A stretch of DNA of 64,000 nt from Thermoanaerobaculia bacterium. GTDB lineage: Bacteria > Acidobacteriota > Thermoanaerobaculia > Multivoradales > Multivoraceae. A model generated the notes under the pieces. That model worked only from the letters and a program-made list of their open reading frames with translations, was not told the DNA's origin and ran no database searches. Numbering within the stretch: the stretch's first letter is position 1; every line of letters begins with the position of its first letter. A program made the position numbers and the translations under genes. Shown here one piece after another: positions 9,592-19,349 of the stretch. The DNA lies in NCBI GenBank assembly GCA_965232105.1, contig OZ246956.1, positions 20,101 through 84,100 of the forward strand, given 5' to 3'.

Positions 9592-10661
9592 GGACGAACT
9601 CCATGCTCCAGACCTCCGCAACCGCAACGACAGACCGACCCAGCGTCCGCGGAATCGCCGTCGCGGCCACCCTCTGCCTGACCGCGGCCTTCCTCTCGGC
9701 CTGCCAGGCGGAAGCGCAGACCTACGCCGAGAAACTCGGCTTCCCCGCCGGCGCCCGCGCCGTCATCCTCCATGTGGACGACGCCGGGATGTCGCACGAT
9801 TCGAACGTCGGCGCCTTCCGCTCGATCCTCGACGGCGTCGCGAACTCGATGAGCGTGATGATGCCCTGCCCGTGGGTGCCCGAGCTGGTGCGGGGCCTGG
9901 AGGAGAACCCGGGCATCGACGCCGGCCTCCACCTGACCCTGACCGCCGAGTGGGACGACTACCGCTGGGGCCCCCTCGTTGGCCGCGAGGCGGCGCCCGG
10001 CCTGGTCGACCCGGAAGGCGCCCTGTGGTCAAGCGTCGCCGAGGTCGTCGCGAACGCGACGCCCGACGAGGTGGAGGCCGAGGTGCGCGAGCAGATCAAC
10101 CGCGCCCGGACGATGGGCTTCGAACCGACCCATCTCGATTCCCACATGGGCACCCTGTTCGCCACGATGGACTTCCTGGAGCGCTACATCGCGGTCGGCC
10201 TCGACGAGGGCCTTCCCCTCATGTTCCCGGGCGGCCACAACACGATCCTCGAAGCGCAGTACGAAGCCCAGGGACGGGACACGCCACCCGGCCTCGGCCG
10301 CGCGACCGAACTCGGCCAGCGAATCTGGGACGGCGGCCTGCCGGTTCTCGACGACCTCCACAACCTGAGCTACGGCTGGGTCCCCGAAAGCGGCGCCGAC
10401 GCCACGGACGAGGAGCTGACGGAGTACAAGGTCGAGCGCTACATCCAGGGCCTGCGTGATCTCCGCCCCGGCGTCACGATGGTCATCATGCACTCCACCG
10501 ACCCGAGCGAGAACTTCAAGTACATCTCCACCTCGGGCCCCAGCCGCAAGGGCGACATGCTGGCCATGCTCGACCCACGCCTCAAGCAGGTGATCGAGGA
10601 GGAAGGCCTGGTCCTGACCACCTTCCGTGAGCTCAAGGAAAGGCGGGACCGCGTCAACTAG
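9588..10661 (+). CDS. ChbG/YdjC-family carbohydrate deacetylase-like protein, lipoprotein
   Basis: ATGA overlap with the upstream stop. Signal ...ATLCLTAAFLSAC. ...VILHVDDAGMSHDSNVG...SMSVMMPCPW... and ...THLDSHMG... resemble the YdjC/ChbG/HpnK family. Confidence 0.7.
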   Translation: MRTNSMLQTSATATTDRPSVRGIAVAATLCLTAAFLSACQAEAQTYAEKLGFPAGARAVILHVDDAGMSHDSNVGAFRSILDGVANSMSVMMPCPWVPELVRGLEENPGIDAGLHLTLTAEWDDYRWGPLVGREAAPGLVDPEGALWSSVAEVVANATPDEVEAEVREQINRARTMGFEPTHLDSHMGTLFATMDFLERYIAVGLDEGLPLMFPGGHNTILEAQYEAQGRDTPPGLGRATELGQRIWDGGLPVLDDLHNLSYGWVPESGADATDEELTEYKVERYIQGLRDLRPGVTMVIMHSTDPSENFKYISTSGPSRKGDMLAMLDPRLKQVIEEEGLVLTTFRELKERRDRVN

Positions 10662-11090
10662 CAACCGCTCGCCGACCGCGCGGCTCCTCCAGCACACCTG
10701 CGGCCACTCTCCTGCCGCAGCGGCAGCCGTCTGGCTCACCCAGGTGCATCGCCTGCTCGACTCAGCCGACTTGCCGACCCACGTGGCGACTGTTCGATCG
10801 ACTCAGGAGGGGCCACTGATCTCGATCGAGCTTCCCCCTGAAGCCGCCAACGCCGTCCTCGAGTGGGCCCTCGAAGCAGCCGGCCGGGTACTCCGAGGCG
10901 ACCCACAGCCCTCCGCCGCCGAGGTCTACAAGGCGGCCAGGGCGCTGCTGAGCTAGGCCAGTAGTGAGACTCGCGCTCGCCGCTTCGCGACGGCGCCCAG
11001 ATGCCGGCCAGAGGGCCGGCGCACCCAGTGGGACAGGTCGGTGCTCTGCCTTCCGCGCCAGGCCCCTCGGCACCGACGTCCAGCCCAGTC

Positions 11091-11270
11091 GGGTCAGGAG
11101 GGGTCGGCTCCCAGGTGCCTCTGAACGAGCGACGGACGACGACGTTGCACTAACCGACGACCAACCGGAGCGAGTGAAGCGGAGTGAGCGTCACCCCCTC
11201 CCATCTCCTCTCAGACGCTCACGCCACCTGGGAGCCGACCCCTCCTGACCCAAGACGGGCGGGTGCGTCC
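11091..11270. repeat. MITE/REP-like element: perfect 27-bp inverted repeats around a 107-bp spacer, plus the 34-bp repeat shared with 3601-3634
   Basis: Left arm 11091-11117 gggtcaggaggggtcggctcccaggtg; right arm 11225-11251 is its exact reverse complement. The right arm overlaps the 34-bp repeat at 11237-11270. It lies just 3' of the crotonase gene, whose stop is at 11311. Confidence 0.8.
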
Positions 11271-11310
11271 TCCGCCGCCACGCCCGCCGACGCCGTCGTC
11301 GCCGACGCAG

Positions 11311-12153
11311 CTAGCTCGTGATGCGCTGGAACTTCGGTGGCCGGCGCTCGACGAAGGAGGCGACGCCTTCCTTGAAGTCGTCGCGCTGCAGGCTTTCGGC
11401 CATCAACTCGTTCGATTCGCGCAGGGCGTCGCCGGTTCCCATCATCAGGTGACGGTAAACCTGCTGCTTGATCACCTTGAGCGACGTCGGCGCGGAGCGC
11501 TCGGCCAGGGCCTTGACGTAGTTCCGGGCCTCGGGGACGACCTGGTCGTGGGGCACGGAGCGGTTGACGACGCCCATCCGGGCGGCCTCCGGACCGTAGA
11601 ACTTGCGCCCCGTCCACAGGATGTCGAGCGCGTTGGACGGCCCGGCGGCACGCGGGAGGATCCAGCTCAGCCCGTGCTCGGCGATCAGTCCGCGGTTCAC
11701 GAAGGCCGACGTGAAGACGGCGCGATCGGACGCGATTCGGATGTCGCAGAGCATCGCGATCGCGAAACCGAGACCGGCGCAGGGGCCGTTGACCGCGGCG
11801 ACGATCGGCTTGCGAACCGCCATCAGGTAGTTGAAGGTCACGCCGAAGTTCTCCTCGCCCATCTCCTCGATCGCACCGGCCTGGGCGTCCTCGAACGTGT
11901 TGCCGCCGCCGCTGCCGCGCTCGCCGCGGCTCGTGGCCTGAAGGCCCTGCATGTCGGCCCCGGCGCAGAAGCCACGGCCGGCGCCGGTAAGCACGATGCC
12001 GACAACGCGCTCGTCCTGCTCGGCGGCCGCCATCGCGTGCTTCATCTCGGCCATCATGCTGCCGGTGATCGCGTTGAGCTGATCCGGGCGGTTGAGGGTG
12101 ATCGTGGCGATGGGATCGTCCACGTCGTACTTGATCATTTCGTACTCGGTCAT
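11311..12153 (-). CDS. Enoyl-CoA hydratase/isomerase (crotonase) family
   Basis: ...ATITLNRPDQLNA..., ...VLTGAGRGFCAGADM..., ...KPIVAAVNGPCAGLGFAIAMLCDIRIAS... are crotonase-fold oxyanion-hole motifs. Confidence 0.9.
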   Translation of the reverse strand: MTEYEMIKYDVDDPIATITLNRPDQLNAITGSMMAEMKHAMAAAEQDERVVGIVLTGAGRGFCAGADMQGLQATSRGERGSGGGNTFEDAQAGAIEEMGEENFGVTFNYLMAVRKPIVAAVNGPCAGLGFAIAMLCDIRIASDRAVFTSAFVNRGLIAEHGLSWILPRAAGPSNALDILWTGRKFYGPEAARMGVVNRSVPHDQVVPEARNYVKALAERSAPTSLKVIKQQVYRHLMMGTGDALRESNELMAESLQRDDFKEGVASFVERRPPKFQRITS

Positions 12154-12270
12154 GCCTTGGCCTCCAGCCGCTGTTCGAAGTGAGCGGCCAAGAGTAGCGC
12201 AACCAGTCGACCGCTAACATGGCGCCACGCCGCCCCGCGCAAACCAGGGCGCGTGCGGAAGGAGACAGCC

Positions 12271-13071
12271 ATGTTCCGAACCCCAGCGTTCGCGGTCGCC
12301 GCCATCTCGGTTCTCGTGGCCTGCGCCGGCCCCGAGCCCGAACCGGCGCCCCGCCCCGCGCCGCCGCCCGGCGCCTCCGAACGGCTCGAGATCGTCGACC
12401 GCGCGATCGAGTTCCACGGCGGGGAGCTCTTCGAGCAGTCCCGGGTCAAGCTGACCGTGGCGTCCCGCTCCGGGAGCTTCGACGTTGACTCGATGGCCGA
12501 CGGGGACCGCTTCGAGCAACTGATCCGGGCCTCGAACGGCGCCGACGAGCGCCTCTACCGGCGCGACAACACGGCGCTCGAAGTGACCGAGGGCGGTCAG
12601 CCGATGGAGATGGACGAGACGGAACACGCCCGCGCCGAGAGCTACGTCAACCAGCGCATGTACTTCCTCTTCCTGCCCTACAAGCTGAACGATCCCGGCG
12701 CCTGGAAGGAGGACCAGGGGCTCGAGGAATGGAACGGTCGCAGGCTGCACCGCGTCCGGATCACCTTCGCGTCCGGCACGAGCGCCGGCGCGGACAGCGC
12801 CTACGTCTACTGGTTCGATCCCGAGACCGCCCGCCTCGAGCAGTTCGCCTACGACTACAGCGAGAACACCGGACTCCGCTTCCGGGTGCTGACGAACTAC
12901 CGGCGGATCGGCGGCCTGCTGTTCTACGACGCGGACAACTACGGTCTGAACACCCCGGACGGCGGCCTGACCGTCAACGACATCAACCCGGTCTACGTCG
13001 AGGAGGAGCTGCCCCTCGTCTCCCAGATCGAACACCGGGACATCACGGTGGAACGGACCGGGTCCGGCTGA
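12271..13071 (+). CDS. Hypothetical lipoprotein
   Basis: ATG 12271 is preceded by ggaaggaga. MFRTPAFAVAAISVLVAC is a lipobox. GC3-rich coding look. I do not recognise the family. Confidence 0.6.
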   Translation: MFRTPAFAVAAISVLVACAGPEPEPAPRPAPPPGASERLEIVDRAIEFHGGELFEQSRVKLTVASRSGSFDVDSMADGDRFEQLIRASNGADERLYRRDNTALEVTEGGQPMEMDETEHARAESYVNQRMYFLFLPYKLNDPGAWKEDQGLEEWNGRRLHRVRITFASGTSAGADSAYVYWFDPETARLEQFAYDYSENTGLRFRVLTNYRRIGGLLFYDADNYGLNTPDGGLTVNDINPVYVEEELPLVSQIEHRDITVERTGSG

Positions 13072-13072
13072 C

Positions 13073-13540
13073 GTGCGCTTCCGGACCGCCTTCGCCGCCC
13101 TCGCGGCGCTCCTCCTGTTCGTCTCCTGCGAGCCGCCGACGCTCGAAGAACCGGTTTCGGAGTTCGATCCGCAGACCGTCGCCGCCGCCGTGCTCGCGGT
13201 GCTCGACATGCAGGTGGAAGCCTGGAACGACGGCGACATCGACGGCTTCATGGCGGGCTATCTGAGGAGCGATGAGCTGCGGTTCACCTCGGGCAGCGAA
13301 GTCCAGTACGGCTGGAGAAAGACCCGTCAGCGCTACCACGACCGGTACCCGGACCGCGCGGCGATGGGAACGCTCGCCTTCGAGGATCTGGATGTCCGCG
13401 TGCTATCCGAAGATGCCGCCCTGGTGTTCGGCCGCTTCCGGCTGACGCGGGAATCCGACGAGCCGACCGGGTGGTTCACCCTGCTGGTGGAGCAGCATGG
13501 CGATCGATGGTTCATCGTTGCCGACCACACCTCGGAGTAG
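13073..13540 (+). CDS. SnoaL-like/DUF4440 (NTF2-fold) lipoprotein
   Basis: GTG start 2 nt after the upstream stop. ...ALLLFVSC lipobox. ...VLDMQVEAWNDGDIDGFMAGYL...GWFTLLVEQHGDRWFIVADHTS is typical of the DUF4440/NTF2-like fold. Confidence 0.7.
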   Translation: MRFRTAFAALAALLLFVSCEPPTLEEPVSEFDPQTVAAAVLAVLDMQVEAWNDGDIDGFMAGYLRSDELRFTSGSEVQYGWRKTRQRYHDRYPDRAAMGTLAFEDLDVRVLSEDAALVFGRFRLTRESDEPTGWFTLLVEQHGDRWFIVADHTSE

Positions 13541-13553
13541 CGTCCCTACAGCG

Positions 13554-14609
13554 ATGAAAGAACCAAGCGTGATCTTGATGGGCACAGCGTCGGTCCTGAC
13601 GCTGGGGCTGGCAGGTTTCGCCCTCGAAGCGCCCCGGATACAGGCCGAGATCGAGGCGCGAACAGCGACGGCGCTGGCCGACGTCGGCGTCCGCAATCTG
13701 AGTGTGCAGGCCCGCGGACGCGACGTGACGCTCTCCGGCACGATCGCCTTCGCCGAGATCGGCATGGAGGCGGCGCGGCGGGCGGCCGGAACTCACGGCG
13801 TGCGCCGTGTCGACAACCGGCTGGAGATGGCCATCGGGCCTTCCTTCGAATTCGCGCCGAACGGCGACATCTGGTTGCTCCGGGGCATGATGCCGACGCC
13901 CGAAAGCAGGCAGGAGCTGTTCGACGCCGCCGCCGCGATCGTCGGACCGGGAAACGTCATCGACGAAACCGAGGTCGACAGTTCGGTAACCGAGCCTCCC
14001 TGGCTCGGGGCACTGCCGCGACTGATCCAGCTTCTGCGCCGTCTGGACGGAGCTCCGGGACTGCGGCTCGAGGACCGGACGCTGACCCTGACCGGTCACA
14101 CCTCCAGCGAGGGCCTGCGCGACCATCTCATGTTCGAGGTCGCGTCGATCGGCACCGCGGCGAGCGCTGGCTGGACGATCGCCAATCGGATGCGGATCTC
14201 GCCCGTCGCCGTCAACCGGGCAGGCCAAGACCGCATCCGCAGCGTCCTGGAGCGGGGGCTGATCGAGTTCGAGGACGACACCTCGACGCTCACCGAGGAG
14301 GCCACCGCCACGATCGAGGAAATCGGCGCCGGCCTCACCACCATCTCGAACATCCGGGTCGAGATCCTCAGCCACACGAACCCCGGCGGCGACCCGGCAG
14401 CGGACCGGGCCCTCAGTCTCGAACGGGCCCGGGCGGTCCGTGACGTTCTTTCAGCCAGCATTCACCCGGACCGCCTCCTGGCAGTCGGCTACGGCAGCGA
14501 CCATCCGCTTGGCCCCTCTGACAACGGCCCAGCCGATGACAACGACCCAGCCGACAATGGCGACGTTTCGAACGCCCGCATCGAGTTCCGCGTTCTCCAC
14601 CGTCCCTGA
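13554..14609 (+). CDS. BON-domain / OmpA-C-like peptidoglycan-associated protein
   Basis: Start taken at MKEPSVILMG.... The BON-like segment is ...LSVQARGRDVTLSGTI...AARRAAGTHGVRRVDNRLE. The C-terminal OmpA-like segment is ...IEFEDDTSTL...VEILSHTN...ADRALSLERARAVRDVL...LLAVGYGSDHPL.... Confidence 0.8.
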   Translation: MKEPSVILMGTASVLTLGLAGFALEAPRIQAEIEARTATALADVGVRNLSVQARGRDVTLSGTIAFAEIGMEAARRAAGTHGVRRVDNRLEMAIGPSFEFAPNGDIWLLRGMMPTPESRQELFDAAAAIVGPGNVIDETEVDSSVTEPPWLGALPRLIQLLRRLDGAPGLRLEDRTLTLTGHTSSEGLRDHLMFEVASIGTAASAGWTIANRMRISPVAVNRAGQDRIRSVLERGLIEFEDDTSTLTEEATATIEEIGAGLTTISNIRVEILSHTNPGGDPAADRALSLERARAVRDVLSASIHPDRLLAVGYGSDHPLGPSDNGPADDNDPADNGDVSNARIEFRVLHRP

Positions 14610-14674
14610 GAAACTCCACCAACCCTGAGAATCTCCAGCGCCCCTGAGAATCTCCAACGCCCCTGAAGGGCGCC
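14604..14674. repeat. 19-bp tandem repeat x3 plus a partial unit
   Basis: Units are ccctgagaaactccaccaa, ccctgagaatctccagcgc, ccctgagaatctccaacgc and the partial ccctgaagggcgcc. The first unit contains the ompA-like stop codon. The array ends 1 nt before ATG 14676. Confidence 0.85.
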
Positions 14675-14675
14675 G

Positions 14676-14900
14676 ATGCTGTACATCCTCCTCGAAATCT
14701 GGATCTGGGTCGCCGCCGCGGCGCTGGCTGGCGCGATGATCGGCTGGTGGATACGCAGCATCCGGGCCGCCAGGGAGGTCGCCCGGGAAGCCCTGCTCTG
14801 GCAGCAGCGCATAGGGCGGCTGAAGAGGCTCGCCGCGGGCCTGAAGAACACGGCGGACGCCGAAGGGCAAGAGACCGATTCAGGCGGCGCCGCCCCCTGA
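14676..14900 (+). CDS. Small single-pass membrane protein (hypothetical)
   Basis: MLYILLEIWIWVAAAALAGAMIGWWI is a TM helix, followed by a charged coiled tail. No family recognised. Confidence 0.4.
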   Translation: MLYILLEIWIWVAAAALAGAMIGWWIRSIRAAREVAREALLWQQRIGRLKRLAAGLKNTADAEGQETDSGGAAP

Positions 14901-14902
14901 GG

Positions 14903-16351
14903 TCACACGTCCCCGGTCAGGAGATCGAACTCCGACGGCGCTACGGCGACCCCGGCCCGATGCTGCAGGGCGCGCGACGTGACGTCCGCCAGGATCTCCG
15001 GCTGCTCGGCCGCGATGTCCCACTGCTCCCCGGGATCGAGCGCCAGGTCGTAGAGCAGGGGCGGATCGTGTTCCGTCCGCTCACCCGCCAGGCCATAGGC
15101 GCCCTGGGTGATGAAGTGCGCCTTGTAGTTCCCGACCCGGTAGGCGTAGAGCTCGCTGCCGCGGTAGAACGGCACCTCCCGGCGCGGTCCGTCTCCTTCG
15201 CCCCGCAACACCGGTCCCAGATCGAGACTGTCCATCGGCCGATCGTCCGGCAACACACCGCCGGCCAGACCGAGGAAGGTCGCAAACAGGTCACTCGTCG
15301 ACCCGATCTGGTCCGACACCACGTCTGGCGCGATCGTGCCGGGCCACCAGAACAGGCCCGGTACCCGCATGCCGCCGTCCCAGGTCATCCCCTTGCCTTC
15401 GCGGAGCGGCCCGGCCAGTCCCCCCTGGGTGCGGAACGCGGTCCACGGTCCATTGTCGCTGCTGAAGAAGACGACCGTGTTCTCCGCGAGCCCCTCCTCT
15501 TCCAGCGTGTCGAGGATCCGGCCCACGCTCCAGTCGATCTCCTCGATCACGTCGCCGTAGAGCCCCGCGTCGCTGTGGCCCGCGAACTCCGGAGCCCGGA
15601 ACAGCGGCACGTGGGGCATGCTGTGCGGCAGGTAGACGAAGAACGGCTCGTCCCGATGAGCGCGGATGAAGTCCACCGCCTCCTCGGCGTAGCGCTTCGT
15701 GATCGTCGTCTGGTCCGCGGGCTGCTCCAGCGTCTCCGTGACGATCGCGCCGGCCCCGTCGCGCTCCGAGCGAATGAGCGGCACGTCCCAGTACTCGATC
15801 TTCGGATCCCGGAAAGCGGCGCGACGCTCCTCGCGGGGCAGCGTCGACATCATGTCGTTCGAGTACGGAATGCCGAACCAGTAGTCGAACCCATGCCGCG
15901 TCGGCAGGTACTGCGGGCCATCGCCCAGGTGCCACTTGCCGAACATGCCCGTCGCGTAGCCGAGATCGCGGAGCGCCTCGGCGATCGTCACCTCCCCGTC
16001 CTGGATGCCGCCCACGAAGTCAGGGAAGAGCACCCGCGCCCGATCGCCGTAGAGTCCGTTGCGTAGCTGCAGGCGCCCGGTCAACAGCCCCGCCCGGCTT
16101 GGCGAACACACCGACGCGGTGACGTAGAAGTTCGTCCAGCGCTGGCCTTCGGCCGCCATGCGGTCGAGGTTCGGAGTACGGATCACCGGCGCACCGTAGC
16201 TGCCGAGGTCGCCCCAGCCGAGGTCGTCGGCGAAGACGATGACAACGTTCGGGAGGCGGCTGGAGGCGGTGGCAGAAGACTGTGGAGACTCCGGCGCGCA
16301 AGACGCAAGAACCGGAGCCAGGCAGGCAAGGAGGAGAGCCGTTCGTGACAT
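14903..16351 (-). CDS. Arylsulfatase (formylglycine-dependent sulfatase family), lipoprotein
   Basis: MSRTALLLACLAPVLASC signal. ...VVIVFADDLGWGDLG... and the ...SVCSPSRAGLLTGR... C-x-P-x-R formylglycine motif. Confidence 0.92.
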   Translation of the reverse strand: MSRTALLLACLAPVLASCAPESPQSSATASSRLPNVVIVFADDLGWGDLGSYGAPVIRTPNLDRMAAEGQRWTNFYVTASVCSPSRAGLLTGRLQLRNGLYGDRARVLFPDFVGGIQDGEVTIAEALRDLGYATGMFGKWHLGDGPQYLPTRHGFDYWFGIPYSNDMMSTLPREERRAAFRDPKIEYWDVPLIRSERDGAGAIVTETLEQPADQTTITKRYAEEAVDFIRAHRDEPFFVYLPHSMPHVPLFRAPEFAGHSDAGLYGDVIEEIDWSVGRILDTLEEEGLAENTVVFFSSDNGPWTAFRTQGGLAGPLREGKGMTWDGGMRVPGLFWWPGTIAPDVVSDQIGSTSDLFATFLGLAGGVLPDDRPMDSLDLGPVLRGEGDGPRREVPFYRGSELYAYRVGNYKAHFITQGAYGLAGERTEHDPPLLYDLALDPGEQWDIAAEQPEILADVTSRALQHRAGVAVAPSEFDLLTGDV

Positions 16352-16416
16352 GGACCAAGTCTAGGAGACAGTAGGATCGCCAGCTTCCGGTACCCACGAC
16401 CGACCCGAGACCGTCC

Positions 16417-17592
16417 ATGACCACACCCCGGATCGACGAAGCCCGCGCCGTCTCTCACCTGATGGACCTGCTCGCCATCGAGGGCCTGAGCGGCCGCGAA
16501 GGCAAGGTCGCGGCGGCGGTCCGGGAGAAGCTCCTCACCGCGGGTTGCGAGCCTTCCTGGATCGGGCATGACGATGCGAACGAGCGGATCCCCGGCGACT
16601 ACGAAGTCGGGAACCTGATCGTCGACCTGCCCGGCACGAGGCCGGGCCCGCGGCGGCTGTTCATGGGTCACATGGACACGGTGCCGCTCTGCCGCGGCGC
16701 GGTGCCGGTGCGCCGGAACGGACGGATCGAGGCCGAGGGCAACACGGCGCTCGGCGGCGACAACCGGACCTCGATCGGCGCCCTGGTCACGATGGTCGAG
16801 ACCCTGCTCGCTCAGGACACACCGAGGCCGCCGATCACGGTGCTGATGACGGTCGGCGAGGAAGTCGGCCTGTGGGGCGCGCGGACCGTGGAACTGGATC
16901 GCCTCGGGAATCCGGAGATGGGCTTCAACATCGACTCCGGCCCGGCCCACGTCGTGATCGTCGGCGCCACCGGCGCCGACCGCTGGCAGGTCGACATCCA
17001 TGGCAAGTCCTCGCACGCCGGTGTGCATCCGGAGCACGGAATCTCCGCCGCGCTCATCGCTTCACGGGCCGTCGCCGACGTGGCCGCCCAGGGCTACTTC
17101 GGCAAGATCGAACTTCCGGCCGGCAGCGGCACCTCGAACATCGGCCGCATGGCCGGCGGCGAGGCGAGCAACCAGGTGACGGATCACGTCTTCGTCTCCG
17201 GTGAATCCCGCAGCCACGACAAGGCGTTCCTCGCGCAGATCACGGCCGCCTACCGCGACGCCTTCGAACGGGCCGCGCGCAGCGTCACGAGTTCCGACGG
17301 CAACCGCGGCAGCGTCGACTTCCGCGCCGAGACCGACTACGACGCGTTCGAGATGCCCAGGGATTCACCGCCGATACAGCTCGCCGCGGAGCAGGTGCGG
17401 GCAGTTCTCGGCATGGAAGCCGAGTACCTCGTCGCCAACGGCGGCCTCGACGCGAACTACCTGAACGCCAAGGGTCTGCCCACCGTGACCCTGGGCGCCG
17501 GACAGCACAACCCGCACACCGTGGACGAGTACGTCGATGTACGGGAGTACCTCGACGGTTGTCGAACCATCGCCGCGATTGCCGCGGCCTGA
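16417..17592 (+). CDS. M20-family metallopeptidase (peptidase T-like)
   Basis: ...LFMGHMDTVP..., ...TALGGDNRTSIG..., ...MTVGEEVGLWGAR..., ...GQHNPHTVDEYV... are M20/M25/M40 features. Confidence 0.82.
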   Translation: MTTPRIDEARAVSHLMDLLAIEGLSGREGKVAAAVREKLLTAGCEPSWIGHDDANERIPGDYEVGNLIVDLPGTRPGPRRLFMGHMDTVPLCRGAVPVRRNGRIEAEGNTALGGDNRTSIGALVTMVETLLAQDTPRPPITVLMTVGEEVGLWGARTVELDRLGNPEMGFNIDSGPAHVVIVGATGADRWQVDIHGKSSHAGVHPEHGISAALIASRAVADVAAQGYFGKIELPAGSGTSNIGRMAGGEASNQVTDHVFVSGESRSHDKAFLAQITAAYRDAFERAARSVTSSDGNRGSVDFRAETDYDAFEMPRDSPPIQLAAEQVRAVLGMEAEYLVANGGLDANYLNAKGLPTVTLGAGQHNPHTVDEYVDVREYLDGCRTIAAIAAA

Positions 17593-17618
17593 CTGCCAGC
17601 CACCTGGGAGAGAACCGT

Positions 17619-18536
17619 ATGAACACCCGCATGTTGCACGAGAAAGTGATCGCCGTAACCGGCGCCGGCCGCGGCATCGGCCGCGATATCGCCCTGCTCG
17701 CCGCCGCCCATGGCGCGTCGGTCATCGTGAACGACCTCGGCGGCTCCGAGCGCGGCGACGGCGGCGACCAGACACCGGCCCAGGCCGTCGCCTCCGAGAT
17801 CCAGGCTGCCGGAGGCCGCGCCGCCGCGAACTACGAGAGCGTCGCCGACTGGGGCGGCGCCGGGCGGATCGTCGAACAGGCCCTGGACGAGTTCGGCCAG
17901 ATCGATGGCGTCGTGAACAACGCCGGCATCCTGCGCGACAGCATCTTCCACAAGATGACCGAGAGCGACTGGGACGCCGTGATCGCCGTGCATCTCAAGG
18001 GCAGCTTCAACATGGCGCGGGCCGCCGCCCCCCACTACCGCAAGCAGATCGGCGGCGCCTTCGTCCACATGACGTCGACCTCGGGGCTGATCGGCAACTT
18101 CGGCCAGGCGAACTACGCCGCGGCCAAGCTGGGCATCGTCGGGCTGTCGAAGTCCCTGGCTCTCGACATGCAGCGCTTCGAAGTGCGCTCGAACTGCATC
18201 GCCCCGTTCGCCTGGTCCCGGCTGATCGGCACGATCCCGACCGCCGACCCGGCTCAGGCCGCGCGGGTCGCCAAGATGAAGGAGATGACCCCGGCGCTCG
18301 TCGCGCCGCTTGCCGTCTACCTGCTGAGCGATTCGGCGAAGGACACGAGCGGTCAGATCTTCACTGTGCGGAAGAACGAGATCTTCCTGATGAGCCAACC
18401 CAGGCCGGTCCGCTCGGTCCACAACAGCGACGGCTGGACCCCGGAGGCGATCGCCGAGTACGGCATGCCGGCGCTGGCCGGGTCGTTCCACGACCTCGAC
18501 CGGACGACCGACGTGTTCACCTGGGATCCGACGTAG
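17619..18536 (+). CDS. Short-chain dehydrogenase/reductase (MFE-2-like 3-hydroxyacyl-CoA dehydrogenase type)
   Basis: Start at ATG 17619 after gggagag. ...VIAVTGAGRGIGRDIA... is TGxxxGxG. ...VVNNAGILRD... is NNAG. ...NYAAAKLGIVGLSKSLA... is YxxxK. Confidence 0.85.
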   Translation: MNTRMLHEKVIAVTGAGRGIGRDIALLAAAHGASVIVNDLGGSERGDGGDQTPAQAVASEIQAAGGRAAANYESVADWGGAGRIVEQALDEFGQIDGVVNNAGILRDSIFHKMTESDWDAVIAVHLKGSFNMARAAAPHYRKQIGGAFVHMTSTSGLIGNFGQANYAAAKLGIVGLSKSLALDMQRFEVRSNCIAPFAWSRLIGTIPTADPAQAARVAKMKEMTPALVAPLAVYLLSDSAKDTSGQIFTVRKNEIFLMSQPRPVRSVHNSDGWTPEAIAEYGMPALAGSFHDLDRTTDVFTWDPT

Positions 18537-19349
18537 CTACAACTGCCAGGCCAGCAGCAACTGGACGGCGCTCTCGTCTTCGTCCGTGCCGAGTTTGTTG
18601 CTCCAGTACTGGTACTCGATACCCGCGAAGAGCTTGCCGGCGTCGCCGCCGAACGCCTTGCCCGCGTCCCAGCGGAACTGCGGCTGGGCCAGGATCGACC
18701 CGCCGTAGGTCTGCCCGAACTCGTTCGTCACGCTGCCGATGTACTCGGCGTGGCCGGTGATCTGGAAGCTCTGCTCACCGGCGGAGAACAGGTACAGCCA
18801 GTTCACGTCGAAGCAGTAGCTGTCGTCGGTCCGCGGCGCGCCGCCGGCGCCGACGCCGCTGCTGCCGTCGAGGTACAGCATCAGGTCCGTGTTCAGGAAG
18901 ATGAACCCGGACGCCTTCCAGGCCAGGCGCAGGCCCGGCAGGTACTTGACGACCTTCGCGTCGCCGGCGGCGTTCACGCCGGCGATGAAGCCGACGTCGG
19001 CCAGCGGGCCGCCGCCGACCGTCTTCCCGGTCATCTTGCCGAGGCTTAGCGTCGGATACCACTCGCCGTAGAAGTCCCGCTCGTTGAAACCGTCGCTGCC
19101 CTTGTCGTCGAGATAGTCGATGAAGAAGAAGCTGTCGCCGTACTTCCACTGCGCCGCCTGCTGCAGGGTCAGGACGAAGCTCTCCTCCTCCTGCGCGGAG
19201 AAGGGGTTCAGCAGTTCGCCGAACTGGAAGTGAAACTCGGTCTGGGCCGTGGCCGGCCCGGAGGTCAGAGCGAGGAGCAGCGGGACGCCGGCGGCGACGA
19301 AGAACCGCCGCCGGAGTCTTGCGATTCCCGTAGCGCCCCTCAGCCTCAC
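18537..19349 (-). CDS. Tsx/OmpK-like outer-membrane channel
   Basis: GTG start at 19347-19349 overlaps the thiolase TGA (GTGA). The signal ends ...[10 protein letters not shown]. ...[15 protein letters not shown]...[17 protein letters not shown]...GPLADV... resembles the Tsx family. It ends with an aromatic residue pattern (LLLAWQL). Confidence 0.68.
   Translation of the reverse strand: MRLRGATGIARLRRRFFVAAGVPLLLALTSGPATAQTEFHFQFGELLNPFSAQEEESFVLTLQQAAQWKYGDSFFFIDYLDDKGSDGFNERDFYGEWYPTLSLGKMTGKTVGGGPLADVGFIAGVNAAGDAKVVKYLPGLRLAWKASGFIFLNTDLMLYLDGSSGVGAGGAPRTDDSYCFDVNWLYLFSAGEQSFQITGHAEYIGSVTNEFGQTYGGSILAQPQFRWDAGKAFGGDAGKLFAGIEYQYWSNKLGTDEDESAVQLLLAWQL

Noticed and set aside
8170-9627. 485-aa minus-strand ORF, plus several nested ORFs at 8124-9229
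   Set aside because: They are antisense or out-of-frame to the AlkP-family gene, with low-complexity composition.
10627-11248. Small ORFs (109, 94 and 103 aa) in the gap between the ChbG-like gene and the crotonase
   Set aside because: They have no recognisable motifs or convincing RBS and overlap the MITE-like element. A ~70-aa protein starting at GTG 10744 remains possible, but support is too weak to call it.
14604-14674. Possible CRISPR array
   Set aside because: The 19-bp units are directly adjacent with no spacers, and there are only 3.5 units. It is a simple tandem repeat.
14747-16066. 439-aa plus-strand ORF opposite the arylsulfatase
   Set aside because: The sulfatase on the minus strand has the CxPxR motif and a signal peptide, whereas this ORF has no motifs.
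17457-18760. 344-aa minus-strand and 407-aa plus-strand ORFs overlapping the SDR gene
   Set aside because: The SDR frame carries TGxxxGxG, NNAG and YxxxK. The alternatives are Arg/Pro-rich shadows.
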